A DNA stretch of 64,000 nucleotides. Origin: Octopus sinensis (lineage: Eukaryota). This document shows positions 1-13,025 of the stretch, piece by piece. Below the pieces are notes generated by a model that ran no database searches, was not told where the DNA came from, and saw nothing but the letters and a program-made list of their open reading frames with translations. The stretch's first letter is position 1. Each line of letters begins with the position of its first letter. Made by a program: the position numbers and the translations under genes. The stretch covers positions 863 to 64,862 of the forward strand of contig NW_021833783.1 of NCBI RefSeq assembly GCF_006345805.1, read 5' to 3'.

Positions 1-120
1 CAAATTCCACCGAGGTCGACTTTGCCTTCCATCAAGTCGGAATCGATATAAGAAATACCGGTCGAGTATTGGGATCGATGTGATCCCAGAAATTGCTGGC
101 CTTGTACCAACAGTTAAAAC
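1..120 (+). mobile_element. SINE family B, 5'-truncated diverged fragment (tail variant U2, aattgctggccttgt...)
   Basis: Starts caaattccaccgaggtcgactttgcc, matching the B core at 2091 and 30909; cut by window edge. Confidence 0.7.
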
Positions 121-530
121 CATTAACACTACAATTGTAGTAGTAGTAGTAGTAGTATTGAAGATGCTTATTGCTTTTTGGTTGTCTTGTATTAATCCTG
201 ATTACAACGTCTTTCATCACAGTTATCTCAACTGTGTCCACCCGTTTTTGATTTATTTCTATTTATTTTTGTTGTATAACAAGGACTACTTTGTTCAACG
301 TGACCTTTATTGAAAGCAATACTTTGGTTGTAATTTGAAGGAGATTTGGCTCCTATTTCTGTCAGATCGAGTACTGTCTAGATACTGTTAACAGAAGCAA
401 CACCTGTAGTAGTAGTAGTAGTAGTAGTAGGAGGAGGAGGAGGATTTCCAAACTTATACTCATTATTTTGGGAACAGATACAAGTTAGTATAAGTCAACG
501 GAATAAAGTATTATTATTTATAAAACCATG

Positions 531-665
531 AAGATGCGCGACCTAGTGGTTAGGTGGTCGGACTCACAATCGTAAAGCTGTGAGTTTGATTCCAGGGTAT
601 AGAGTGTGTTGTGTCCTTGAGCAACGCATTTTATTCCATGTTCCAGTCCCCTCGGTTGGAAATGA
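531..665 (+). mobile_element. SINE family D head, diverged
   Basis: tRNA-like head (cctagtggttagg...gtttgattcc) then ttgtgtccttgagcaa, similar to 46917 and the reverse of 19501/20085. Confidence 0.6.
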
Positions 666-1249
666 AGTGCGTCTGTGTCGCCTAGCAAACTATTAAACCT
701 AAAATCTTACAAAGAGAAGGTGCCAACGATTCTTGATGTTTACTGTATCCTAGTTGTGGTATGGAGCTAACAGGGATGCTCTCTGCTCGAGATAGCAGCT
801 AATTCTCTTTGAAAAATGTCTCTGATAAAAAAAAAATGGACGGGATGGATACGGCTGCTACACCGTCGGCCAGGTTATATTTCTGCTCAATCAGGGTTTA
901 CTCACAGGTGAAAAAACTAAATAGTAATTCATCTCCCACCACCATTCATGTGGCAACGAAAGAGCTTCTACGCGGTCGCTTGATTAGCAAGAAAAAGCAA
1001 CTAAGTATTACCCAAATTACACTTCCACGTCCTTAATTTTTAGAAAAGGTTACGCTTGATGATTTCCCTGGTTTCCTTGAACGTAGAAATAAAAAGAGGG
1101 GAGAGTCAAGGCTGGAATGTCTTTGATCATTGGTTTGCTTCAGAAGGACTAATGCAGGTATAAACAAGTAAAAATATCAGGCCCACCGCTACTACTGTCT
1201 TCACCAAAGAGGAGGAGCAGAAGGGGAAGGAGGAGGAGGAACAAGTAGT

Positions 1250-1409
1250 AGTAAAAGAAGAAGAAGAAGAAGGAAGAGAAGGTGGTGGTGGTGGTAGAGG
1301 AGGAGGAGGAGGAGGAGGAGGAGGAAGAAGAAGAAGAAGAAGAAGAAGAAGAAGAAGAAGAAGAAGAAGAAGAAGAAGAAGAAGAAGAAGAAGAAGAAGA
1401 AGAAGAAGA
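1250..1409. repeat. (GAA)n/(GAG)n microsatellite
   Basis: Direct reading; source of the poly-E/poly-L/poly-F ORFs. Confidence 0.95.
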
Positions 1410-1420
1410 TCATCATTATA

Positions 1421-1820
1421 GGCACAGGCATGGATGTGTAGTAAGAAGCTTACTAGCTTACTTCCCAACCACATGAGTCTGGGTTCAGTTCCACTGCGCG
1501 GCGCTTTGCGCCAATGTCTTCTACTGCAGCCTCGGTCCGACGAAAACCTTGTGAGTGGATTTGGTTGATGGAAACTGAAAGAAGCCTGTCGTATATATAT
1601 GTGTGTGTATGCGTGAGTGTGTATGTGTTTTAGTGCCTGTGTTTGTTCCCCCATCACCCTTTGACAACCGGTGTTTTTGTGATTACATCCTTGTAATCTA
1701 GCAGTTCGAAAAGAGAGACCGATAGAATATAAGTCCTGTGGTCGATTTGTTTGACTAAAAAAACTTTCAAAGCGATGCTTTAAGCATGGCCGCAGTCAAA
1801 TGACAAATAAAGTAAATGAA
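1421..1820 (+). mobile_element. SINE family A, diverged full-length copy
   Basis: ggcacaggcatggatgtgtagtaag...catggccgcagtcaaatgac aligns with the A copies at 57611 and 61441. Confidence 0.85.
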
Positions 1821-2090
1821 TAAAGGATTAAAAGAATTTCAGAGAGAAGACAACGTCATTCCGTGTGGAATTTCAATTCTTTCTGTCAACTGCAATGTCT
1901 TGTCATTGCTTTTGATAACCTTATGTAAGAGGTGAGGCAGCTGTAAACGGAAACCTCTCTGCCGTCTCGGTTCGATTCCTGGTTAAATCTATATCACTTC
2001 GCTTATATCACAAATGATCTTAGTTACGGTTTGGATGTTTTACATCTTGTCACCCGTAAAAAGAAACCAATATTGTTATTATTATTTTTA

Positions 2091-2324
2091 GGCGGCGAGC
2101 TGGCAGACACGTTAGCACGCCGGGCGAAATGCTTAGCGGTATTTCGTCTGCCGTTACGTTCTGAGTTCAAATTCCGCCGAGGTCGACTTTGCCTTTCATC
2201 CTTTCGGGGTCGATAAATTAAGTACCAGTTTCGCACTGGGGTCGATGTAATCGACTTAATCCCTTTGTCTGTCCTTGTTTGTCCCCTCTGTGTTTAGCCC
2301 CTTGTGGGTAGTAAACAAATAAAT
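2091..2324 (+). mobile_element. SINE family B, full-length (tail U1)
   Basis: ggcggcgagctggcag...gttctgagttcaaattcc (B-box-like)...gcctttcatcctttcggggtcgataaattaagtacc...gccccttgtggg; near-identical to 30909 and 60307. Confidence 0.92.
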
Positions 2325-2325
2325 A

Positions 2326-2366
<41 letters not shown>

Positions 2367-2376
2367 AGCAGTTAGC

Positions 2377-2461
2377 AAATTCCACCGAGGTCAACTTTGC
2401 TTTTCATCCTTTCGTGAGTCGATAAAATAAGACTGCTGGCCTTGTGCCACAATTTAAAACC
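2377..2461 (+). mobile_element. SINE family B fragment (tail U2)
   Basis: caaattccaccgaggtcaactttgc...ctgctggccttgtgccacaatttaaaac. Confidence 0.7.
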
Positions 2462-2479
2462 GCTACTAACAGCAGTTAG

Positions 2480-5400
2480 CGGTGGTTGCGATAAAGACCA
2501 AGTGTGGCAATAATGGTGGCAGTGGTTAATTATCATCTTGGTGATGGAGGTAGGAATTTTTGTAGCAGTAATGGTAGTAGTGGTAGTTACGGCAATGGGT
2601 GTATCAATAGCAGAGACGGTTGCAGTGACGGTTGCGGCTGTGGAGCTGTTAGTGACGGTGATGGTATTGGTGGTTGTTGTTATCGATGTCTTAGAAGGAG
2701 TGACCGTTGTTGGAATTGTAATTGTGGGGGTGTTCGTAAGTGGTTGTGGGGGAAATGAGGTATTTGTAGCTCAAATAGTGACAGTGATGGTAGTGATGGT
2801 GGTGAGAGTGGCCGAAGTGTTACAAAAACTGTTGGTAGTGCTGGTGGTTGTTGTTGTGGTGGTGACGGTCACACCAGGAGCGCTAATTGTAATGGTGGTA
2901 ATCGTCGTAGAAGAGGTGTCAATAGTAGTGTTGGTTGCAGTGGCAGTAGTAGTACTGAAAGTGCTGCTAGAAGTATTGATATTAGTGATGGTAGCTCTCG
3001 GAGAAGAGATGTTTAATACTAGTATAGTGAGGTGGAGTTTGTGACTGTGGAGGTGTTAGTATCGCTGATGGCAGTAGTGGCTGTACTGTTAGTGACCAAC
3101 ACCTTAGTAACACCGTGACATTAGTTATAGAACCGTCGTAAACAGTAGAGTAGTTCTCAATAGCACTGGTACCATTCTTATGAGTGGTAATAGACGTTAC
3201 AGCACAAGTGCTGGTAGTGGTTGTAATAGTTATGTTAATAGTCCTTTAAGACGAATGATAATTATTTGGGAGTGGGACATCGATGCTGCAGTAATTATTG
3301 TCATCGTTGGTCTTTTGACTAAAGACAAGCCCGATTGAGCAATTTATGATCAGGGATAAACCATCCATGACTATCACGCCTGAGTATTATTTCACCCAAT
3401 GTGTCCTTTTTTTAATTTTAAGATAAGTAAGGTATAATTTGGGGGAAATGTGGTTTAGTTTAGAGTAGATATAAGTACGATTGGGCGAAGCTGAGCCTTT
3501 TGTTGTTGGTGTTGTTGTTGTTGTTGCTATTGTTGTAGCTGTTGGTGGTGGTGGTGGTGGTGGTGGTGGTGGTCGTCGTCGTCGTCGTTGTCGTTGTCGT
3601 CGTCGCCGTGGCAGTATGGCGGCTGCGGCATTAGTAGTAGTAGTAGTAGTAGTAGTAGTGATAGTAGTAGGGAATGAGGAAGAATGTGGGGATTGAAGTT
3701 GTAGTAATCAAGTCCCAGATCAGTCTCAATCGTGAAGAACTATGACCCCAAACGCATCCCAGCCGTGACCATCCCATCTTCCCCCTCCCTCCCCACCAAT
3801 ACGCGGAAAGCCCAGAACAACATCATCGACCGAGCCCTTTTCTTGATCAATTGGTGTGTATGTGTACGTTTATGTGTGTGAGCGAGTGATTTGAGGGATA
3901 TGTGGCTATTATATCTAGCAGATAGAACTACAAAGTGACTCGTTGTAGATTCTATAGGAAGTATGGGTGGTAGTTGTGGTCATGGAAGTGACAGTCGCAG
4001 AATTGGTGGAAGGAGAATGTTGCTGCTAGTTTATATTAATAACGCAACAGTTGGTGTTTTAGCCCCCGGTCAGCTTCAAATGAGCAGACCTCTGAGCAGC
4101 AAAAAGTATTCCTGCCGTAATGATCCAGTTGTGGTGAATGTAGTGATGACGGTGACGCTGGTGTTAGTGCTTATAGCAGAAGACGAACGATATTGGTAAA
4201 TATTTGTATGGGGTGGTGGCTGAGATGGGGAGGCAGCAGGGACCTTGGCGAGTGATCGTGGTGGTGGTGGTGGTAGCAGTGGGGTCGTTTGCGACGACGA
4301 TGATGAGGATGATTATGATGACGATGATGATGATCATCATCATGGTGGGTATAGTAAGAATTGTGATTGTGGTCAAAGTGGATTTGGGGGAATTTGGTAA
4401 TCGTGCGAGGGTAGTAAAGGTGATGGAAGTGATTGTGGCAGCGATGGTAATGCTTGCAGGATGGTGATGATGAAGTTGTTGGCGATGATGGTGTTAAGAG
4501 AGATAGAAGTAGTAGAAGTGGTGGTGGTGGTGGTGGTAGTAGTGTCGGTGGCGATGTTAGCGATGGAAGAAGGTTGCGACATGTGGTTGTTATCATTATT
4601 GTTGTTTAACCCTAGGTAAGCTTTCATCGAGCAAGTCTATTATCAAAGAGTATACAACCATGACTATCCCAACTTTATGTCTATCGAGGATGTCAATGGT
4701 TAATGAACTGTCATTTTCAAGTAGCTGGGTTTCGTGGTAGCTTAAACAACGGAATAGGGTACGTCATTGTAATGATACTGGAAGTGGTAATGATGGTGGT
4801 GGTAGTGGTGGTGGTGGTGGTGGTGGTATGGTGGTGATAGTATCAGTGCTAGTTGTGATAGCAATGAAGGTGATAGCTTGTTTCGTTGGCAGGGGCCCGA
4901 AGAGTTACTGATGGTGGTGGTTGTGGTGGTGATGGCTTCTGTTAATGGAGGTTGTGATTGTGACAACAGTGATGGAGATGGTGGCTTTGTAGAGAACGTT
5001 TCTATGGCAGCTGGTTACCATTTCTGCATTAACTTCTGATCAAGTAGTCCTCTAACAAAAACATGTTCACCTTGACCACATCGTCTAACCTTGACTATCT
5101 CATCAAGGACCACATGATCCAATGTGTCCTTGATTTTATTTTTTTATTTTTTTTGTCAAGTCAGTAGAGCGTTTGTTGAGAGAGACCTGACTGCTATTTC
5201 CAGCCTGTCAACTGAACTCAAAGAAGCCCTCTGTTAACTGATGAAGATAGCTTGAAATGGTGATGATGACGACATTACGTCCGTCTTTTTGAGCACTCAA
5301 CTCCTGTCGTCTTTTAAGGGTGTTACCGTAACATGTAACGTATCTCAGGTATCTAAACCCTGCTCTGCCCATTCCACCTATAGACAGCAGTCTATTTCTT

Positions 5401-6075
5401 ACAGAGAGAGAGGGGGGAGTGAGAGAGAGAGAGAAAGAGAGTGATGACAGAAAGAGAGAGACAGCGAGAGAAAAGTGAGACAGTGAGAGATACCGAGGGA
5501 GAAATACTGAAAGAGAGAGAGAGACTGAGAGATAGATAAGGATAGAGACAGAGAGAGAGAGAGAAGGGAAGAGAGCAAATAGACAGCAGTAAAAGTCGAA
5601 GTTGATCGAAGCAGGATTTGAACCCAGAGTGCTGAGAATCGAAACCTATACAGTAAGGTATTTATCTGGAGCTGTCAACGCACCGTCAGGATAGAACTGC
5701 TGGGGAATTTTGTGGGTGGTGGTGGTGGTGATGGTGGTGGTGGTGGTGGTGCTAGAACTACTGGGTAACCTCGCAATAACTTGTGGTGGGGGTGGGTGAT
5801 GATGATGATGATGATGGAGCGGATGAAGGTGGTGATAATGGTGGGGATTGCGGTGATGAAAGAACAACGGGGGATTCTTTTGATAATTTGTGATGAAGAT
5901 GTTGATACAACGTTGGCGGTTGTAATAGTGGTGATATTATTGTCCTTAAAAGTAAAATTGTTGTCGGTGGTGGTGGTGATGGTGGTGGTGACAGCAATGT
6001 CGGTGGCAGCATTGATGAAACTGGTTCTGATAATAGTGATAACGGTGGAGATATAATGATGGTTGTGGTAATGGA
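2480..6075. repeat. Degenerate GTA/GTG/GAT trinucleotide low-complexity tracts interleaved with old SINE-like remnants
   Basis: Long G/T-rich triplet-derived tracts (e.g. 2480-3270, 3500-3670, 4120-4980, 5710-6075); the Val/Met/Thr-rich ORFs are translations of these. Confidence 0.8.
3710..3945 (+). mobile_element. Old dispersed repeat family E (SINE-like), representative copy
   Basis: catcccagccgtgaccatccc...gtgatttgagggatatgtggctattatatctagcag; similar motifs near 335, 3330, 5180, 6290-6400, 14050, 14610-14760, 23880-24030, 25430-25610. Confidence 0.55.
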
Positions 6076-6090
6076 AATATCATCGTTAAA

Positions 6091-6262
6091 GCGGCGGCGA
6101 GCTAGTAGAATTGTTAGCACGTCGGGCAAAGTATTTAGCGGCATTTCGTTCGTCTGTCTTAATGTTCTGAGTTCGAATTCCGCCGAGGTCGACTTCGCTT
6201 TTCATTCTTTCGGAGTCAATGTAATTGAACTACCTCTGACCTAAAATTGCTGGCCTTGTGTC
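6091..6262 (+). mobile_element. SINE family B, diverged (tail U2)
   Basis: gcggcggcgagctag...gttctgagttcgaattccgccgaggtcgac...aattgctggccttgtg. Confidence 0.8.
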
Positions 6263-6570
6263 GTTGATGATTAAGCTCAGGTCAGCTCTAATCTATCATC
6301 ATTCACATTCCAGCCGTGAACATCCCATCATTTATACTGACAGTATGGCACAATTTAAAAGAAATTTGGCTGCTATTTTTAGTAGGCGAATATCTATGTA
6401 GAACACCTACTTTGGCTAGTAGTACTGTCGTCATTGCTTTAGTTGTTTAAACCAAAGTCACGCTGATAGAAAGAGACTATATTTGAAGCTATTCAAGCTT
6501 TATTTCACGTTTCCCTTCCTTAAGCATCAAGATATGGATTTGACTGCTATTTCTATTTCTAGCAAGCAGG

Positions 6571-6730
6571 TCGGTGGTGGTGGTGGTGGTGGTGATGATG
6601 ATGGTGGTGGTGGTGGTGGTGGTGGTGGTGGTGGTGGTGGTGGTGGTGTGGTGGTGGTTGGTGGTGGTGGTGGTGGTGGTGGTGGTGGTGGTGGTGGTGG
6701 TGGTGGTGGTGGTGGTTGTGGTGGTGGTGG
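6571..6730. repeat. (GGT)n microsatellite
   Basis: Direct reading; poly-G/V/T ORFs. Confidence 0.95.
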
Positions 6731-7969
6731 CGGGCGGCGGCGGTCGTCGTCTTCCTCGTGATATTCGTGCTGGTAGTGTGCGTATGTGACGATTAGCGAT
6801 CAAAAACGAACGAAAGGGTTACGAATGTTGGCGTCGTCATCTCTTTCACTGATATCACAGATTAGATTAGTGAATAGGCGAAAGTCTCATGATGAAACCG
6901 AGAGGAATTTGACAATTTGCTACTGATCCAATGCTCATCCAAAAATCTGATCCAATCACCGATTGAACAGGTTGCTCTTTATCGAACACCATCATATCGA
7001 AAGAAACCTGTATGGGTTCCGTTGCATGCGGAAAACTGTTTGCTCGCGTAAATATTTATTTACATGGTTATAAATAAACAAGCGGACCATAAATGAGCCT
7101 GTATGTGGAAATAGCAGCCAATTGCTTCTTAAATCTTTCTCACGCTGCTCTCATATAAAGTAGTCCTGCATTATCCTAAAACGAGGAGATGGTCGTAGCT
7201 GGAATGGGTTTGATCAAGGTTGACTTTGGGCTAAACAACAGCAACAGATAATCACATATAACCAGATTTCAGTTCTCTCTCTCACACACACACAAACACA
7301 CACACACACACACACACATGTTCGCTGTGTGTGTGTGTATGTGTGTGTGTGAGACAGAGAATGTGTGTGTGTGTGATGTGAAAGAGACAATGTAGCCGTG
7401 TATTCGTTTGTTATTCATCTCTCACTATTTATATTTTTCTAACTACAAGTCCAAAAGTGAAAGTAAAAGCGTATATGTTTTTCAAATAGCATTCTTTTTT
7501 GCAATCCGCTGACTAAGTATGTATAACAGACACATAATTACACCCCACCCACACACACACACACACACACACGGACACACACACACACGCAAACACGCAC
7601 GTGCTCGCACATACATACACACACATATTGATGCCGTTGAGGCTGCGATTTGTTTTTTTTTTTTTTTATTATTCCGTTTATAGTAGTGTTTTTCTATCTT
7701 TTGACGATCTACAAACCTGTCCACTCTATCTTAGTCTCTCCCTTAACACCAACACCACGAACACCACCGTCACCCACCACCACCACTACAAAAAACAACA
7801 ACAACACCTCTTTGCACACTTTTACAACCTCCTCCACTCACCTTTTCTCACTCTCATTTTTTTTTTGTTTCTTTCTCTCTCTCTCCACGCGTTTATCTAT
7901 GAATATCTCTAATCAAATATTCATTAACCGAGGTCGTACTCATTTGTACAGACTTGAAAAAATACATAC

Positions 7970-8006
7970 ATGCATACATACATACATGCATACATACATA
8001 CATACA

Positions 8007-8040
<34 letters not shown>

Positions 8041-8413
8041 CATACATGCATACATACATGCATACATACATGCATACATACATACATACATTACATACAT
8101 ACATACACACACATACACACGCATATATATAGATACATACATACATACATACATACATACATTACATGCATACATACATACATACGTACATACATGCATA
8201 CATATATGCCTACATACATACATACATACTACATACATAATACATACATGCATACATACATATATACATACACACATACATACATACATACATACATGCA
8301 TACACATACTACATTACTACATACATACATACATACATGCATACATACATATATACATACACACATACCAATAATACATACATACATGCATGCATACACA
8401 CACACTCACATAA

Positions 8414-8445
<32 letters not shown>

Positions 8446-8945
8446 CATACATGCATGCATGCATACATACATACATACATACTACATACATACATGCATA
8501 CATACATATATACATACACACATACATACATACATACATACATACATGCATGCATACACACACACTCACATACATACATACATACATACATACATACATA
8601 CATACATACAAAGCACGTGTATTCATAATTGTTGCTTGTTAATTATTAATTTGGGTAACATGTTCTTTCAGAAATCCGTTTTCAAGTTCACGTGAAGCAC
8701 GAGTGCATATACATATTTATGTGTGTGTGTGTGTATTTATATATATATATACACATATACATATAAATGTGTGTGACACATGCATACACACACATATATA
8801 TATATATGTAAGCACACTCATGCACACACATATATATATGTGTGCGAGTGTATGTATGTATGTATGTATGTATGTATGTATGTATGTATGTATGTATGCA
8901 TGTATGTATGTATGTATGTATGTATGTATGTATGTATGTATGTAT
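7970..8945. repeat. Long (CATA)n array (7970-8610) and opposite-orientation (TATG)n array (about 8850-8945)
   Basis: Direct reading; HTYI/MYVC ORFs are artefacts. Confidence 0.95.
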
Positions 8946-9135
8946 GGACGTGTGTGTGTGAGCTTATGTATATATTAGTATATATGTGTGAGTATGTAAG
9001 AGTATTGAAAACATGTAAATAAAGTTTACGTTGAAAAATTGTTTTTTTTTTGCTAGCCTGTTCCTTCATATTGTTGCGAGTTCCTTCATATTGTTGTCAC
9101 CTGAACGTATGTGAGCGATGCCGTGAATCATCAGC

Positions 9136-9173
<38 letters not shown>

Positions 9174-9357
9174 ACATATATACATACCTACATAAATGCA
9201 TACGGATACAGGTGTGTATGTAGAGAGTGGGGGAAGAAGATAGAGAAGAAATGACATTCGATGCAGTTGTATATGTATATATATAAATATATATATATAT
9301 ATACACACATATATATATATATATACACCTATGTGTATATACATATATATACCTATG

Positions 9358-9422
<65 letters not shown>

Positions 9423-10129
9423 CATGCATACAAATTGTTAAAATCTTAATAATGTGTATTGTATATGTATTTATGTATACATGCTCATGTGTGTGTGTGT
9501 GTGTGTGTGGTGTGTGTGTGTGTGTGATGAATATTTATGCAAGTACTGCAATTAATGCGATTACATTTTAATGTAATTGAGTAACAATAAGACAACAATA
9601 GCAATAAATTGTGCTGTTCAGAAAATAAAATGAAAAAAAACGAAACAATGCCAACAAGACAACAGCGACAGAGTGAATAAACTTATATAATGCTACCTAC
9701 CATAGTTGTTGCATCGTCTACCTTGTGACTTGGACATCACACGCTCTCCGTATAACCCCTAAATGCTTCTTTCTTTCATTTCTCCTCCTTTCTCTTCTCT
9801 CTGCGGGAAGAAGCGGAGGCAAATAAGTAGCAGCTGGAGGGCTTCTTGTTCATCATTTATTGTTTTTCTTTGTTCTATTTTCTTTTTTCATTCTTTTTTC
9901 TTTCTTTTTTTTTTGTTATTTTTTTGTTTGTTTTTAGAGGTTTTGTTTCGTTTAGCGGGGGGTGTTTCAACGCCATGCCATTGTCGTCGTATCTCTCCGA
10001 CCCTGTCCGATATAGTTCCGGTCAGTTTCGGTCCTGTCCGGCTTCGCTCAACTCCGACAATTCACTGCCGGTGTCGTCTGCTTCGTGAAAATAAAACAAC
10101 AAACAAGCAAAAAAATCGCTGACAGCTTA

Positions 10130-10620
10130 CTTCTTCTCCTCCGCCTCCTACATCTCCTTCCACCTAACTCCTACTTCTTCATGTTATTCTTCTCCCACTT
10201 CCACCTCCTACTCATCTCCTACTTCCTTCTTTTCCTCGTGCAGCTCTTCATCTTTCTCTACTGTTGCTGCATCTGTTGCTGCTGTTTAGATATTACTTTC
10301 TTGATGCTGCTGTTGGCGCTGCTTTTGCTGCTGCTGCTCTTGCTACTGCTGTTGCTGCTGCTACTGCTGTGTTATCAACTATACCGCTGTTGTTATTCCT
10401 GCTAGTGTTGCTGTAATAATGCTGTTGAGTCTGTAGTATTTCTAGGTTTTTATGCACACTGCTGCTTCTATCATTGTTAGACTTGATGATGGTGTTGCTG
10501 CTAGAGTTAAAGCTCCTGCTGTTGATGTCTCTGCTGAAGCTATTTCCACTATCAAAGTTGCTGCTGCTGTCTTTGATGATGCTGCTGCTGGTGTATCTTC
10601 TATCATCATCGTTCGGTGAT
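10130..10620. repeat. Degenerate CTT/CTG/TTG trinucleotide tract
   Basis: Direct reading; poly-L/A ORFs. Confidence 0.8.
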
Positions 10621-10758
10621 ATTGAAGTTTGGCCCCAGGTGGTGAAAGGTTTCCAAACGTGACCATATTTTTCTTTGCCAGCAGAGTTTATCTACAACAA
10701 TATTAGCCACTGTAGACTTAAAGATATGTAAGTGTAAAAAAATGTAGATATGTACATA

Positions 10759-11165
10759 GGCGCAGGAGTCGCTGTGTGGTAAGTAGCTTACTTACCAACC
10801 ACATGGTTCTGGGTTCAGTCCCACTGCGTGGCATCTTGGGCAAGTGTCTTCTGCTATAGCTCCGGGCCGACCAATGCCTTGGTAGACGGAAACTGAAAGA
10901 AGCCTGTCGTATATATGTATATATATATGTATGTGTTGTGTGTATATGTTTGTGTGTCTGTGTTTGTCCCTCTAGCATTGCTTGACAACCGATGCTGGTG
11001 TGTTTACGTCCCCGTCACTTAGCGGTTCGGCAAAAGAGACCGATAGAATAAGTACTGGGCTTACAAAGAATAAGTCCCGGGGTCGATTTGCTCGACTAAA
11101 GGCGGTGCTCCAGCATGGCCGCAATCAAATGACTGAAGCAAGTAAAAGAGTAAAAGAGTAAGAGA
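10759..11165 (+). mobile_element. SINE family A, full-length
   Basis: ggcgcaggagtcgctgtgtggtaag...internal (TA)n(TG)n...gactgaagcaagtaaaagagtaaaagag. Confidence 0.93.
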
Positions 11166-11625
11166 GTATGTAGAAGTATGAATGCGAAAATGTATAGATG
11201 AGTATTTTGCAATTGTGTACACGTGAACGTGTATGCATGTGTGGATATGTGGTAGTACAGATGTAAAAAAAACAGTTGTGCACATTTGTAGGTGTGTGAA
11301 AATACGTGTGTGATATGTAGATGTGTGAATCTACAGCTGCGTAATTTTATGAGTGTGGATGATAGTTGAGTGTGTAATATAGGTGTGTAATTGTACATGT
11401 AGACACGAATAGACGTGTAGATGTATAGATGTGTCTAAATATAGATAATATGTATCTGTACTTACACACACATATGTGCGGGTGTGTGTGTGTGTGTGAT
11501 TGTACGTAAATGTATATGGTTCAATGACTAAATTTACATGTGTGAAGTAGATCGGAATTGAGCTGATGTATAACTATATAAATATATAGGTATACAAATG
11601 CTAAAATGTGCTTATGTATATATAT

Positions 11626-11720
11626 GCGTGGCGCCCTGGGCAAGTGTCTCCTACTATAGCTTCAGGCCGACCAAAGCCTTGTGAGTGGATTTGGTAGACG
11701 GAAACTGAAAGAAGACCGTC

Positions 11721-11774
<54 letters not shown>

Positions 11775-12017
11775 GTGTGTGTGTATATGTTTCTGTGTCT
11801 GTGCTTGTCCCCCCCACCAACATCGCTTCACAACCGATGCTGGTGTGTTTACGTCCCCTTAACTTAGCGGTTCGGCAAAAGAGACGATAGAATAAGTACT
11901 AGGCTTGCAAAGAATAAGTTCTAGGGTAGATTTGCTCGACTAAAGGCGCTGCTCCAGCATGGCTACAGTCAAATGACTGAAACAAGTAAAAGAGTAAAGA
12001 ATAAAGAGTATATATAT

Positions 12018-12051
<34 letters not shown>

Positions 12052-12302
12052 ATATATATATATATATGTATGTGTTGTGTATATGTTTCTGTGTCTGTGC
12101 TTGTCCCCCCCACCAACATCGCTTCACAACCGATGCTGGTGTGTTTACGTCCCTTAACTTAGCGGTTCGGCAAAAGAGACGATAGAATAAGTACTAGGCT
12201 TGCAAAGAATAAGTTCTAGGGTAGATTTGCTCGACTAAAGGCGCTGCTCCAGCATGGCTACAGTCAAATGACTGAAACAAGTAAAAGAGTAAAGAATAAA
12301 GA

Positions 12303-12358
<56 letters not shown>

Positions 12359-12821
12359 ACAAATTAATAAATAAAACATATGCATATATACATACATATA
12401 TGTACGTACCTACCTCTACATGTATATATACATGCATATATGGGTACAGGACACCAAAAAAACGTCGAACACAATGAGAAACGAAAACATAAACACAAAA
12501 CCAAGAAAATGGACATTTTTCTTAAACAACGAGAAAATAGAGTACAGGACATACAACACAAGGAAAATTCCCCTTCTTCAGTCGCCTCTGTTTCATCTAC
12601 TCCGCGTGTGTGGACATTTGGATGTACAGAGATATGTAAATACATGAATATACGGGTGTATAAATGTGTGGACGTGGTAGATTTGCTCGACTAAAGGCGC
12701 TGCTCCAGCATGGCTACAGTCAAATGACTGAAACAAGTAAAAGAGTAAAGAATAAAGAGTATATATATATATATATATATATATATAACAAATTAATAAA
12801 TAAAACATATGCATATATACA
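11626..12821 (+). mobile_element. 5'-truncated SINE A with tandem re-duplication of its 3' half (about 12060-12304; 12676-12760) and an inserted family-F element
   Basis: Repeated segments share private variants (gcttcacaacc, ggcttgcaaag, aagttctagggtag, atggctacag). Confidence 0.88.
12393..12675 (+). mobile_element. Dispersed repeat family F (unclassified, possibly Penelope-related non-autonomous element)
   Basis: catgcatatatgggtacaggacaccaaaaaaacgtcgaacacaatgagaaacg; related copies near 22630-23100(+), 34790-35230(-), 40316-40790(+), 41055-41230(+), 41845-42000(-), 50900-51120(-). Confidence 0.75.
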
Positions 12822-13025
12822 GTCTCGAGAATTGGGCAGTACCCTTGGCTTTCGCAGCCACTGCCTATACATGCAAGACGGATAAGAATGATATCATTAA
12901 TGTTCTTAAAATGAGTGTGGAATACCTGAAAGGAGATGACGGTAGGACAGCTAGCTTCTAGGAACAGAGACCATCATTGTAGAGGTAGAAACACACACAC
13001 ACACATAGGGAGAGAGAGAGAGGTA

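Noticed and set aside
1127-10666. Long ORFs rich in V, T, L, G, H/Y/I or C/M/Y/V (e.g. 2538-3044, 7954-8628, 10085-10405)
   Set aside because: Translations of micro- and minisatellites; no domain motifs or splice context. The same applies to IY/HT/CV ORFs throughout the window
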